Shown here piece after piece: positions 45,810-55,717 of a stretch of DNA of 64,000 nt (its first letter is position 1; every line of letters begins with the position of its first letter). The notes under the pieces were generated by a model, which saw only the letters and a list, made by a program, of their open reading frames with translations, ran no database searches and was not told the origin of the DNA. Both the position numbers and the translations under genes were made by a program. The stretch comes from a virus, in the IMG/VR virus record IMGVR_UViG_3300025897_002116, positions 8,953 to 72,952 of that record; one strand, written 5' to 3'.

Positions 45810-47453
45810 TTAACCTAATAGCATATTTGGATCTATACTATCTTCTTTTTTATTTAACTCTGGTGTAATAGAAACTACTGCTTCTGTTATTAACATCGTA
45901 CCAGCTACCGATGCGGCATTTTCTAGTGCCAGTCTTGCGACTTTGGTCGGATCAATAATACCTGCTGAGAACATATTTACTTTCTTATTCTCTCTAGGAT
46001 TATACCCTAACCAATTATCTTTAGAGTTTCGTAACTCTTTATCAATACTGTTTATACTTTCGGCAGTAAATCCAGCATTCTGTAGTATCTTCTTAAATGG
46101 TGCCACACAGGAATTAAGTACTATCTGGTATCCTTTTCGTTCATCAGTAGAATCAATTGAATCTAATCTAGTTTGTAGCATTGTAGCTGCATTTAGTAAT
46201 GCAATTCCTCCTCCAGGTAATATACCTTCTTCTAAAGCTGCTTTTGTAGCATGTAGTGCATCGTCAACTCTATCTTTCTTTTCTTTCATTTCAACCTCTG
46301 TATGACCTCCTACATGTACAATTGCTACTCCTCCAATAAATTTAGCTAAACGGTCTTGAAGGGTTTCTTTTTCGTAGGGTGAAACTGTATCGTCAATCTG
46401 GTGTTTTATCTCTTCAATACGAGCTGAGATTTTTTCTTCTGTTCCTTTAGCGTCAATAAGCGTGGTGGTGTCTTTACCCACAGTAACCTTATTAGCTTTA
46501 CCAAGCCAGGTAGCATCAAATTTATCTAATCTCATTCCTTTTTCAGTAGATACTACTTGACCTCCAGTCATTATTGCAATATCCTCTAATACAGCTTTTC
46601 TTCTTTCTCCAAACTCAGGAGCTTTAACCGCCACTACATTTAGAATTCCTCTCATTTTATTAACAACAAGTGTCGACAAAGCTTCTCCATCTATATCTTC
46701 AGCAATTACTAATAATGATTTACTCTGTTGGGAGGCACCTTCTAAGATAGGTAGTAACTCTTTTACCTGTGTTAGACGTTTATCTGTAATTAAAATTAAC
46801 GGATCACGAAGAACAGCTGTCATTGTGGTATTATCGGTAACAAAATAAGGAGATTTATAACCTCTATCGAATTGCATTCCTTCGACAGTTTCTAAATATG
46901 TTTCTCCTGTTTTTGATTCCTCAATTGTCACAACTCCGTCTCTACCTACCTTATCCATGGCAGTGGAAATTAATTCGCCTACTTCCGTATCATTATTAGC
47001 TGAAATGGTAGCGACTTGTTTTAGCTGCTCTTCATCCGTTATTTCTTTAGAGTAATCTTTCTGTAGGAATTCTACGACTTCTTTTACTGCTTTATCAATT
47101 CCTCTTTTAATATCTACTGCATTTGAACCTGCATCTAGAGAATTGATACCTTCATCAAGAATGGATTGTGCAAGTAGAGTAGAAGTTGTAGTTCCGTCGC
47201 CGGCTTGTTCTCCTGTTTTAATAGAAGCTTGTTTTACAATTTGTGCTCCTAAATTTTCAACTTTATCTTTTAATTCAATAGATTTAGCAACTGTTACTCC
47301 GTCTTTAGTAGATATTGGATTTCCCATCTCTTGTTCTAAAATAACATTACGACCTGAGGGTCCTAGTGTTGCGGTGACTGCATTTGCTAATTTATCTACT
47401 CCGTCTGCAAGTTTATTTCTTGCTTCTTTTGAAAAAATAATTTCTTTATTCAT
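45810..47453 (-). CDS. groEL: chaperonin GroEL
   Basis: [45 protein letters not shown]. Confidence 0.97.
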   Translation of the reverse strand: MNKEIIFSKEARNKLADGVDKLANAVTATLGPSGRNVILEQEMGNPISTKDGVTVAKSIELKDKVENLGAQIVKQASIKTGEQAGDGTTTSTLLAQSILDEGINSLDAGSNAVDIKRGIDKAVKEVVEFLQKDYSKEITDEEQLKQVATISANNDTEVGELISTAMDKVGRDGVVTIEESKTGETYLETVEGMQFDRGYKSPYFVTDNTTMTAVLRDPLILITDKRLTQVKELLPILEGASQQSKSLLVIAEDIDGEALSTLVVNKMRGILNVVAVKAPEFGERRKAVLEDIAIMTGGQVVSTEKGMRLDKFDATWLGKANKVTVGKDTTTLIDAKGTEEKISARIEEIKHQIDDTVSPYEKETLQDRLAKFIGGVAIVHVGGHTEVEMKEKKDRVDDALHATKAALEEGILPGGGIALLNAATMLQTRLDSIDSTDERKGYQIVLNSCVAPFKKILQNAGFTAESINSIDKELRNSKDNWLGYNPRENKKVNMFSAGIIDPTKVARLALENAASVAGTMLITEAVVSITPELNKKEDSIDPNMLLG

Positions 47454-47454
47454 T

Positions 47455-47757
47455 TTATGATTCTTTTACAACTGCTAAAATTTCTCTGTCTTGTGCTATA
47501 TAGAACTCTTCACCTTCAAAGTCAATTCGAAGTGTTCCTATTTTTGGAACAAGTACTATGTCTCCTACCTTGCAGGATCGGACAGTAATTAATTGATTAT
47601 GTTCGGACATTCGGCCAGGACCGACTGCTAGTACTTCTCCCATTTCTGGTTTTTCTTTTCCTAAATCTGGGATTACTATTGAACCGTAAGTTTGTTCTCC
47701 TTCATCTATTGGTTTTAGAAGAACGCGGTCATTTGCTGGTGATAACTTTTTTAACAT
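47455..47757 (-). CDS. groES: co-chaperonin GroES
   Basis: P.NDRVL, I.IPD..KEKP..GEVLAVGPG, KVGD.V, EILA. Confidence 0.95.
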   Translation of the reverse strand: MLKKLSPANDRVLLKPIDEGEQTYGSIVIPDLGKEKPEMGEVLAVGPGRMSEHNQLITVRSCKVGDIVLVPKIGTLRIDFEGEEFYIAQDREILAVVKES

Positions 47758-47801
47758 ATATATAACGTTTTAGTTTATTAATATAAGAAATAAAATTTTA
47801 A

Positions 47802-47818
47802 GATCAAACTCGAGAGCG
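47802..47818. repeat. downstream arm of the inverted repeat bracketing hsp20
   Basis: actcgagagcg (47808-47818) is the reverse complement of 48292-48302. Confidence 0.75.
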
Positions 47819-47825
47819 GAAATAA

Positions 47826-48236
47826 TTAAGCTATTTTCAAAGTTTTTAACTCTGAACCTTTAGCGAAAGGGACTGTGATTTTAAGTAAACCATTTTCAAA
47901 CTCAGCATTTGCTTTGCTTAAATTAAATTTACTATCAATCTTCCAACCAAGATTAAAAGATCGTTTAGCTATACCCTTATGTAGGTACTGACTAAGGTCA
48001 TCTTCTTTTGGTCGGGTGTAGTTTATTCTAATTATATTACCCTGAATTTGTATCTCAACTTCTTCTTTTGAGATTCCTGTACAAGCAATATCTAGACCTA
48101 GACCGTTGTCTTTCTCGTAAATATCTACAGGATGGGGGAGTTTGGATGCTGCCAGTGGTGCGTATGCACTGGCGTCTTGGAAAAAATTCTTTACTAGAAT
48201 GTCGAACGGATTGCGTTCGTAAAATAATGTACTCAT
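47826..48236 (-). CDS. small heat-shock protein Hsp20
   Basis: PVDIYE, G.SKEEV.I, YLHKGIAKRSF, AEFENGLL.I.VP. Confidence 0.93.
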   Translation of the reverse strand: MSTLFYERNPFDILVKNFFQDASAYAPLAASKLPHPVDIYEKDNGLGLDIACTGISKEEVEIQIQGNIIRINYTRPKEDDLSQYLHKGIAKRSFNLGWKIDSKFNLSKANAEFENGLLKITVPFAKGSELKTLKIA

Positions 48237-48291
48237 ATCATTTAAAATTTGTGATGCCCTAGGGTCATCGGTTAAAAAAAAAATATAAAAT

Positions 48292-48307
48292 CGCTCTCGA
48301 GTCGACC
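48292..48307. repeat. upstream arm of the inverted repeat bracketing hsp20
   Basis: cgctctcgagtcgacc; CTATTTAT lies at 48321-48328. Confidence 0.75.
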
Positions 48308-48367
48308 TTAATTACTTTTAATAAATAGGATAAAATTTACTTTCCTACGTATCTTCCGTTTATAACT

Positions 48368-50731
48368 TTAATGACCATCTCTCCAGTTATTAGATATCTC
48401 TGGTGGTGCCTTTAGTGTAACACCGGGTAATACGGTAGTGGTCTCCATTATATGCTGGACTATAGGGGCAAACATTTCAGCATCATTCTCCGATACGTTT
48501 ATTAAGAGCTGATCATGTACCTGTGCCTGGACTGTAGCATCTATGCCGAGCTCTCTTGCTTTACGATTAATCTTCACTGCAGCTCGATTTACTACCGCAG
48601 CGGCTAAAGATTGAAGTTGAAAGTTAAGACAGTTATTTAATCCATTTCTATAATCTCTATACGCTTGCATTACTTGCTCTTTACCGTATTTGATTTCTAA
48701 CTCTTTTCTAAATCTCCAGTCCATTATACGGTCTTGAAACTTAATATAGGTCTTCTGTACTTTAGGTAAGTGCCTAACTCGGCCAACGTAGTTCTTTATA
48801 AAGCCATGAGCTTTCACTTGAAGTCTAGAGTTTTCTCTCCATTCTTTAAGTTGAGGGAAACCATTTAAATACCCTTGAACTAAACTTTCAGCAGTCTTTT
48901 GATCTACCCCTAAAGTCATTTTAAGAGCATAGGCCTCCATTCCGTATGCAATACCTAAAGAGTAAGCCTTTGCCTTATTACGTGCTGGTGCATCTAAGTT
49001 TTTAAGATAGTTGGTAGCCTTTTTATCAGGCGAGACTCCGTTAGGAAATCTTTTTAGATCCTGGTCTAGCTTTTCAGTTTTAATAGCAACGGTAGAGTAG
49101 AAATCCCATCCTTTATTAAAGATTTCCTGTAATGCAGTATCACCGGTAACTGAAGCAAAACAATGAGGTTCAAGAGATTCATAATCAGCATCTATTACTT
49201 TTCTACCTTCACCGGCTATCATAAAAGCTCTAACAATATTATTATACTTAACTATTATAGGAACATCTTCTCCTTCTTCTTTGGTTTTAGGTAACTGTTG
49301 AGCATCTGAACCATATCGACCGGAGACAGTACCGTTCTGCTTAAAGTAAAAATAATATTTACCATCTTCGGCTCTATCTAAGAATCTATCTACGTAGGTA
49401 GATTTAATTTTAAGTAGTTTATTATAGATTCGTAAATTCTCGGCCCATTCATAGTCTTTTGCTAATTCTTCAATCATATCCATGTCGAATTGATCTCTTC
49501 CGGATTTAGTATTACCGCCGGACTTAAGGGGAGTAATACCCATATATTTAAATACGATTTCTCCTAGATGCTTTTTAGATTGAATATTAATAAGGTCGCC
49601 GTCATTAGTTTCCTTCCACATACTCATAGAAATTCTATACATTTCTACTTCCTCTAAAAAAGATTCATCTCCAGTAAGTAGAAACTGCTTTACTTTTTCC
49701 TCTTTTTCATTAGTAGACTCTAGGTCTTGTATTACCTTTTGAGTTAATGTATATTTACCGGTCTTTTCAGATTTAGGTAGAGATAGAGAATAACGTTTAG
49801 CAAGATTCTGAGCCCAATTACCTTTATTTGATACCGGGAACTTATCGTTAGCGGTCTTAATTACCCAGGTTTTAGCTTCTGATGTAGCCAGTAAGGATTT
49901 CATTACAACCTCTTTATTATGAGCCAAATCAGTAGTTATTTCATTAAGAGTATTCTTTATAAGGTCCATATTAAGTTCAACTCCATATGCTTCCATAGGA
50001 ACAGTAACTTCCCTATATACAGGCATTACCTCTTCTTCAAAAAAGAACTTCTCCAGGTTTTCTTGCTTAAGTTTAGCAAGGTAAAGATTACAGATACGGA
50101 GAGTAAGGTCAGTATCAGCCGAGGCATATTTAGATAAGATTTCAAGGTCTGCTTTATATATTTCATAACTTTCTTTAGTAACGGATCCTCCGTTATTTTT
50201 TATACTTTCTTTTAATTCAAGTTGTTCCTGATTAGCGGCTTCTTCAACGTTTAACCCTAGAGCTTCTTGATTCATAATTGCAATGGACTTTAGTCCGAAT
50301 GGATTACCAAATCCAAAGGCTCCTTCTTCATAAACTGTATGAACTAGTAGCCCAGTATCTACCCAAATATCTTGTAGTAGATCCACACCAAAATAATTCT
50401 TTATAAACTGAACATCAAAGGAGGCATTATGGAAAACTAACTTTTTACCTTTAAGAAGTTTAAGTAGATTTATAGAGATCACCTCAGTAGAGGTACCTTC
50501 TATTTCCTGTAACACTAATTCTTCTCGATGGTAATCCCATACAAGGGTAGGTAAGTAGAATCCTATGCCTTCATCTCCGGATACTGACCATCCAATAATT
50601 TTATTCTTTCTAGGATTAAGTCCGGTAGTTTCTGTATCCACCGCAAGTACGTCTGAGTTACTTATATGTTGGTGGAGTAGCTCAAGAGTAGTTTTATCTT
50701 GAACAGTATAGTACTTTTTTTCTAATTTCAT
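48368..50731 (-). CDS. polA: family A DNA polymerase with 3'-5' exonuclease, no 5'-3' exonuclease
   Basis: DTETTG, HNASFD, YASAD; TVSGRY, DADYESLE, R.KAK.YSLG..YG, N..LQS.AA, QVHD. Confidence 0.93.
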   Translation of the reverse strand: MKLEKKYYTVQDKTTLELLHQHISNSDVLAVDTETTGLNPRKNKIIGWSVSGDEGIGFYLPTLVWDYHREELVLQEIEGTSTEVISINLLKLLKGKKLVFHNASFDVQFIKNYFGVDLLQDIWVDTGLLVHTVYEEGAFGFGNPFGLKSIAIMNQEALGLNVEEAANQEQLELKESIKNNGGSVTKESYEIYKADLEILSKYASADTDLTLRICNLYLAKLKQENLEKFFFEEEVMPVYREVTVPMEAYGVELNMDLIKNTLNEITTDLAHNKEVVMKSLLATSEAKTWVIKTANDKFPVSNKGNWAQNLAKRYSLSLPKSEKTGKYTLTQKVIQDLESTNEKEEKVKQFLLTGDESFLEEVEMYRISMSMWKETNDGDLINIQSKKHLGEIVFKYMGITPLKSGGNTKSGRDQFDMDMIEELAKDYEWAENLRIYNKLLKIKSTYVDRFLDRAEDGKYYFYFKQNGTVSGRYGSDAQQLPKTKEEGEDVPIIVKYNNIVRAFMIAGEGRKVIDADYESLEPHCFASVTGDTALQEIFNKGWDFYSTVAIKTEKLDQDLKRFPNGVSPDKKATNYLKNLDAPARNKAKAYSLGIAYGMEAYALKMTLGVDQKTAESLVQGYLNGFPQLKEWRENSRLQVKAHGFIKNYVGRVRHLPKVQKTYIKFQDRIMDWRFRKELEIKYGKEQVMQAYRDYRNGLNNCLNFQLQSLAAAVVNRAAVKINRKARELGIDATVQAQVHDQLLINVSENDAEMFAPIVQHIMETTTVLPGVTLKAPPEISNNWRDGH

Positions 50732-50786
50732 ATATAACCTTTTAATTATAACTTAAATATAAGAACTTTTACTCAAATAAACAACT
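50729..50786 (-). promoter_or_regulatory. diverged promoter cassette
   Basis: AGTTG...TTCTTATATTTAAGT...AAAGGTTATAT-ATG on the minus strand. Confidence 0.65.
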
Positions 50787-50832
50787 ATGTACCTATTTTA
50801 ATTTAGGTCTACAGTTTGAATGCATTATATTC

Positions 50833-51093
50833 TTACATTTCTCCGTAAAGATCAAACTTTTCGGGTTCGGGCTCTTCTATCAATATTTCATTTTCCTTTA
50901 TAGCAAATAACTTACCATTTAAAGGCTCTAGTCTATAATGACCTTTGAATTGTGTTTTTCGCATATAAGCAGTTAGTGTTGCTACAAGGCCTGTGATAAC
51001 TGTTGCTTTGTCTATTGTTAACTCCCAGCTATCACCAGGAGGAACTCTTTTAGCTATAAGTTCATTTTGCTCTTCTATTATTTTCTCAGTCAT
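50833..51093 (-). CDS. hypothetical phage protein
   Basis: 86 aa ORF. Confidence 0.65.
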   Translation of the reverse strand: MTEKIIEEQNELIAKRVPPGDSWELTIDKATVITGLVATLTAYMRKTQFKGHYRLEPLNGKLFAIKENEILIEEPEPEKFDLYGEM

Positions 51094-52652
51094 TATTTTC
51101 CTTTAATATAATCTAAAATTTCGTCTTGAATATCAGGTTCTATATAATCTTGAGATCCTGGGTTAGAGTTTTGTGGGGATAGTACCCATCCTTCTTTTTT
51201 AGCTAGTTCTAAAACACCAGAAACTTCACTATTAGAATTAGCTGTATCACCATTCATTGACCCCAAAAGCACAGGGGCTAATTTGGTTTCTGGAATAGAA
51301 TCCCACCACTCTTTTAATGTAGGGAAGGCTTCAAGAAAGTTTTTATTTCTTCTTATATCGTATTGAGTATAGAAGGATTTCCAATCTCTTTCTCTACTTT
51401 CAAAAGAGGAAGTATGTTTATGTCCAGTCTTGATTTCTCTAATATAGGCAATAAGTCTTACTATACCATCTTTCTCCATCTCTAAGAGATACTGAGTATT
51501 CAATTCTAGCCATTTTTCGATGTGATCTGCACGTTCTTTTCTAATATATTCCGGTAAGGTTACTATAGACTGGAAGCTTGGAAATCTTAAAATATTAAAA
51601 GAGCAGATTGGAAAATGATCTCCATATTTTTGTTTCAATTTTATTACTTCGTCCATAAATTCTGTTATAGAGAATAGGCACAAAGCATTAATTGTCATCA
51701 TAACATTTAAAGATTTGATATTAGCTTCATCACATACTCTGTACATATTAGATAACCACTTATCCCAAATTAAATTATACCGTATATACTCAGACTGCAA
51801 TCCTGTAGATTCATTAGATGTATAAAGATGAAATGATTTGATATTATGACTTGCTTTAATTAACTCATCTAAGAGTCTATCTTTCTGCCCTAAATTAGAA
51901 TTAACTGCAAACTCAACTTCACACTCTTTATGTGTTTCCCACCACTTCATTAGTTTCCAAAAATCTGGGGACATGGTAGGTTCACCGCCTGTCACTCTTA
52001 ATTCACGTAAACTAAATTGTAGCTCGGCTTCCCACCATTTATAAAAAGCTTCTACATAAGGATTATTTTCATTTTTCCTGCCGTATGGCATGGCATGACC
52101 ACCATCGTGTTGGAATGCTACCGCACCATCGGATACCAGGTTTTGATACGGGCCGAATTGTTTGATATCTTTTTGCCAAGTAGTTGAAAATGAAGCATTG
52201 CAGTAAGAACAAGCAAAATTACAATTAGGGTCAAATGCAATTTCTAAAGTCTTTAAGTCAACATCTTCTTGCCATCCAAATTTTGACTTAGCATCTTTAA
52301 GTTCCTCATCGGTATAAATTACAGATTTGTAAACTCTATCTGATATTTTATCTTCCCCTAGGTCTTCAATCTTCCAGCAATATTCACACTCTTTTGGTCT
52401 TTCTCCTTCGAGCATCTGCTTTCGGATAAGCTTCTTATAACTAGTGTTGTGTATTGCTTTATAACTTTGGGCTACTTCCTCTAAAGGTATCTTATGTGCG
52501 GGTGGGTGATGGCAGCTTGCAGTAGTACCATTTCCTAGCCATATAGTAGCGTTATACCATTTGGCTCCGCAGAAAGCAGGGGATACAGAGTTTATTGCTC
52601 TATCTCTGTATTTCTGGTAGCTTTCGTTTCCTTTTTTTGCGAATATTCCCAT
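51093..52652 (-). CDS. radical SAM protein with N-terminal twitch/SPASM-like domain
   Basis: CNFACSYC, TGGEPT; N-terminal CGAKW, SCHH, CEYCW. Confidence 0.88.
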   Translation of the reverse strand: MGIFAKKGNESYQKYRDRAINSVSPAFCGAKWYNATIWLGNGTTASCHHPPAHKIPLEEVAQSYKAIHNTSYKKLIRKQMLEGERPKECEYCWKIEDLGEDKISDRVYKSVIYTDEELKDAKSKFGWQEDVDLKTLEIAFDPNCNFACSYCNASFSTTWQKDIKQFGPYQNLVSDGAVAFQHDGGHAMPYGRKNENNPYVEAFYKWWEAELQFSLRELRVTGGEPTMSPDFWKLMKWWETHKECEVEFAVNSNLGQKDRLLDELIKASHNIKSFHLYTSNESTGLQSEYIRYNLIWDKWLSNMYRVCDEANIKSLNVMMTINALCLFSITEFMDEVIKLKQKYGDHFPICSFNILRFPSFQSIVTLPEYIRKERADHIEKWLELNTQYLLEMEKDGIVRLIAYIREIKTGHKHTSSFESRERDWKSFYTQYDIRRNKNFLEAFPTLKEWWDSIPETKLAPVLLGSMNGDTANSNSEVSGVLELAKKEGWVLSPQNSNPGSQDYIEPDIQDEILDYIKGK

Positions 52653-52682
52653 ATTATGTTACTATCCCCCTCATGTAAATTT

Positions 52683-53591
52683 TTACTGTCTTAAAGTTTT
52701 GGCAATTCTGAACTCTGGTGAAGTAAAGAATTCTGGTATCAGCATTGAATGCGTTGCTCTAATTGGATTAATATCAATTCCTCCTCTACGGGTGTATAAA
52801 CAAGATACCATTAACTGCTCAGGTTGAAAAGCATCATATAGGTGTCTAAATATCATTTCACATATTTCTTCATGAAAATGTGATACAGTTCTATGAGAAA
52901 CTATATATTTAGCGATTGATCCGGATGATGGTATTTTCTTTCCTATAATTTTTATGTAAACATCTCCCCAATCCGGTTGATTTGTAACTCTACAGTTTGA
53001 TCGAAGTAAATTTGAGGATAATTTTATTTCACTTGATTCTTCAGCAACTTCTTCTACTGTTAGTTGAGAAGCATCGGATTGAAAAGCGGTAAAGTCTATT
53101 TGATCTAAATCTGTTGCATCTTTTAAATCTACGTACCCTTCAAAAGAAAGCGGGTGACCATCATCATTAGATGTATAAAAAGAAACAGTTGTATCAGTTT
53201 CTAATAATTCATCTAGATCCCTTTTGACTCTTGCTTCAATTCCAGAAATACAATCTGATGCGGTCTTGCCGATTTTAGTCATATTAAGTGAATTCAAGTA
53301 AAGTTTAATTGACTTAGACTCTACGTGATTATATGAATCAGCAGGGCAAACTATTTTAAGCATTCCGGCTACGGGTTGACCTTTTTCGGTTATTGCTGAG
53401 ACTTCATATGCATTCCAGGTATCTACCCCAACGAACTCTTCTCCGGTTAAGCTATATGCTTCTCGATTAAGGTATCGAGGAATTTTCACTAATAGGGATG
53501 CATCGTATTGATCTGAGTAACCATCACCGCCTACTTTACCTAAATGTCTGTTTGCTAGACTTACTACTTCTTCTTGATTCTTATCTGCCAT
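52683..53591 (-). CDS. queF: NADPH-dependent preQ0 reductase (bimodular QueF)
   Basis: D.WNAYEVS, VESKS.KLYLNS, LLRSNCRVTNQPDWG, FHEE.CE, YTRRGG.DINP. Confidence 0.93.
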   Translation of the reverse strand: MADKNQEEVVSLANRHLGKVGGDGYSDQYDASLLVKIPRYLNREAYSLTGEEFVGVDTWNAYEVSAITEKGQPVAGMLKIVCPADSYNHVESKSIKLYLNSLNMTKIGKTASDCISGIEARVKRDLDELLETDTTVSFYTSNDDGHPLSFEGYVDLKDATDLDQIDFTAFQSDASQLTVEEVAEESSEIKLSSNLLRSNCRVTNQPDWGDVYIKIIGKKIPSSGSIAKYIVSHRTVSHFHEEICEMIFRHLYDAFQPEQLMVSCLYTRRGGIDINPIRATHSMLIPEFFTSPEFRIAKTLRQ

Positions 53592-53595
53592 AATT

Positions 53596-54114
53596 TTATT
53601 TAATAAATTCCAATATTTGCTCTACTCTTTGCATAGGAGAACCAGTAACTTTTATCATATTACTGTTTATACTAGCTAATTGATTTCTAAATTCTTTATC
53701 TATATCTCTTCTCCACTCTTCATTAATACTCCTAACTCCATCATCAACTGATTTGAACTCTATAGGAAAGTAAACATAATGTGAATATTCATTTTTAATT
53801 CTTGACCAAGTATCATCAACAAACGCTACGGTTGCAGCGCTTGCTTTATTCATATACTTAGTATATACTACTAAATCCATATAACATCGATCTAACACAC
53901 AGTTATACGGTTTAAGTAATGCTTCTAAATGAAAACTAGAGATTGCTAATTGAGTTTCCGAAGTTCCTTGTTCATTAATAGGAAACCCAAACTCTTTGAC
54001 CGTACGAGTAGATTCATTTATAAACTCGTATTTAGGTAATTTACTTTTCAGTAATTCATATACTGTAGTCTTACCGGTACTGCTTGCTCCTATTAATGCT
54101 ATTTTCTTTACCAT
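53596..54114 (-). CDS. P-loop nucleotide kinase (AAA_28/NadR-like)
   Basis: GASSTGKTT, LDRC..D, DDGVR; start revised to MVKKIALIG. Confidence 0.75.
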   Translation of the reverse strand: MVKKIALIGASSTGKTTVYELLKSKLPKYEFINESTRTVKEFGFPINEQGTSETQLAISSFHLEALLKPYNCVLDRCYMDLVVYTKYMNKASAATVAFVDDTWSRIKNEYSHYVYFPIEFKSVDDGVRSINEEWRRDIDKEFRNQLASINSNMIKVTGSPMQRVEQILEFIK

Positions 54115-54665
54115 GTAACCTTTTTTAAAAACATAACCCACATACTTAAACTCGTATCTCTAAATTTAAGGAATAATTCTTCAATTTCCAACTCTTCAGC
54201 ATTAAATTTTCCAGTTGCTATAACTCCTCCTTCGTCTACTCCTTTAGTTACCCTATGTAGTACACAACCTGCTTGTTTGTAATTACCTCGGTAAGCTCTT
54301 ATTTGAGGATCTTTACCTTTAAGTTCTGGATACTCGGTTATAAGTCCTGGATGACCATTAATTATCTTGTATTTTTCACAGAGCTCAGGAGGAATCACTC
54401 TTAACCAACCATGTAGAGTTATAATTGGATTATCAAACTTACTTAAAAATCTTTCATAATCCTCAACAGTAGGTTTATTAGGGGTATAGCGTACAATACC
54501 TTTATTATTAGCCCAGGAAAGTATCTGCTTATTTATTTTCCTCAAATTTTCAGGTCTCTCATTAGTAATTATTCTATCAGGCAGTCTTCCTAATTTTTCT
54601 ACTAAATCTACTATTTCGGTACCTGTTTGACTAAAAAATACAATCCAGGGTTTATTCTTATTCAT
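54108..54665 (-). CDS. PurN-like formyltransferase (putative preQ1 formyltransferase, DpdN-like)
   Basis: FSQTG.E, LHGWLRVIP, INGHPG, GKDPQ, GCVLH.V...VDEG. Confidence 0.8.
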   Translation of the reverse strand: MNKNKPWIVFFSQTGTEIVDLVEKLGRLPDRIITNERPENLRKINKQILSWANNKGIVRYTPNKPTVEDYERFLSKFDNPIITLHGWLRVIPPELCEKYKIINGHPGLITEYPELKGKDPQIRAYRGNYKQAGCVLHRVTKGVDEGGVIATGKFNAEELEIEELFLKFRDTSLSMWVMFLKKVTW

Positions 54666-55449
54666 TCCAAAACTTTCTAAACTTTTTTATATTTACTTTT
54701 ATTAACTCATTACTTATCTCCGCTAAAGGAGTATTGATTAATGTGAATAGCTTTTGAGATTCCTTACTCCATAATCCCGTTTCTCCGTACTTAATATTCT
54801 TAATAGCATGTACTACAGGGTTAGATGTATCCATTGAATAGATCCATGGATAGTTTCTATAGTACATTCCTTCTTGGGGTAATGAACATCCTAATAGGTG
54901 ATGAGGTTTATTCTCGTTCAATATCCCATCTTTTAATAAGTCCCCTAATAGTTTTACTCTGCCGAGCATCCAACTAACATACTTATTTGGATGAGGAACA
55001 GACTTACTATAGTAGGAATAATCGAAAGAGATTGCAATCATATCTACGTTAGTAGATTTATCCATGTACTTGTAACAATCGCAGATTTCTTTATAGGATT
55101 TTCCTTGTACAACTCCTATACTTTTGCCTGGAACATCATCGTGCTCTTTATACCATTTCTCTGCTTGTCGCATAGTCTTTTCTGCGTTCTCTAATGCATC
55201 AGGAATAATGTACCATTCCGGACGTAATTTTTTTACCCATTTAGCAAAACTATCAGCATCAAAAGCTTCTTCCAATTCAAAGATAGAATTATCTAAAATA
55301 ACTTCTCTACCTTTTCTTAAAGCTTCTTTAAACTGATCTAGATATTCTTTATCTTCCTCAAGTAGGTGTACTAATGCGTACGAGTAATCTGTAACTTTAT
55401 TTACTTCGTCGAAAAGACTCTTAGGGCTCTCATGTGCTATTCGGATCAT
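54658..55449 (-). CDS. TGT-fold deazaguanine transglycosylase (DpdA-like, probably DpdA3 type)
   Basis: LDNS.FE, IIPD, GVVQG, HHLLG, SMDTS; adjacent to queF and near folE. Confidence 0.75.
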   Translation of the reverse strand: MIRIAHESPKSLFDEVNKVTDYSYALVHLLEEDKEYLDQFKEALRKGREVILDNSIFELEEAFDADSFAKWVKKLRPEWYIIPDALENAEKTMRQAEKWYKEHDDVPGKSIGVVQGKSYKEICDCYKYMDKSTNVDMIAISFDYSYYSKSVPHPNKYVSWMLGRVKLLGDLLKDGILNENKPHHLLGCSLPQEGMYYRNYPWIYSMDTSNPVVHAIKNIKYGETGLWSKESQKLFTLINTPLAEISNELIKVNIKKFRKFWNE

Positions 55450-55522
55450 CTAGTTTCTTTATTTTATTAACCCAGTACTGTAAACCTGGGCTTGTTATAT
55501 TCTTTAATATACGTGTGCTATT

Positions 55523-55717
55523 TTAATCATTTAAAATTTCTACAGTTTTATTAATATCTGTCATAGCATTATTCATAATCTCCATAGCTTGGTCTAATTT
55601 AGCCTGATAGCCTTTAAAGTCAGCTGCTTGTTCTACAGCTTGTTTAGCTACTGAGTAAGGTATTACATCTATGCCTAGGTTCTTAACATATATTTTATGT
55701 TCGTCTAAATTTATCAT
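55523..55717 (-). CDS. hypothetical protein
   Basis: 64 aa ORF. Confidence 0.6.
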   Translation of the reverse strand: MINLDEHKIYVKNLGIDVIPYSVAKQAVEQAADFKGYQAKLDQAMEIMNNAMTDINKTVEILND

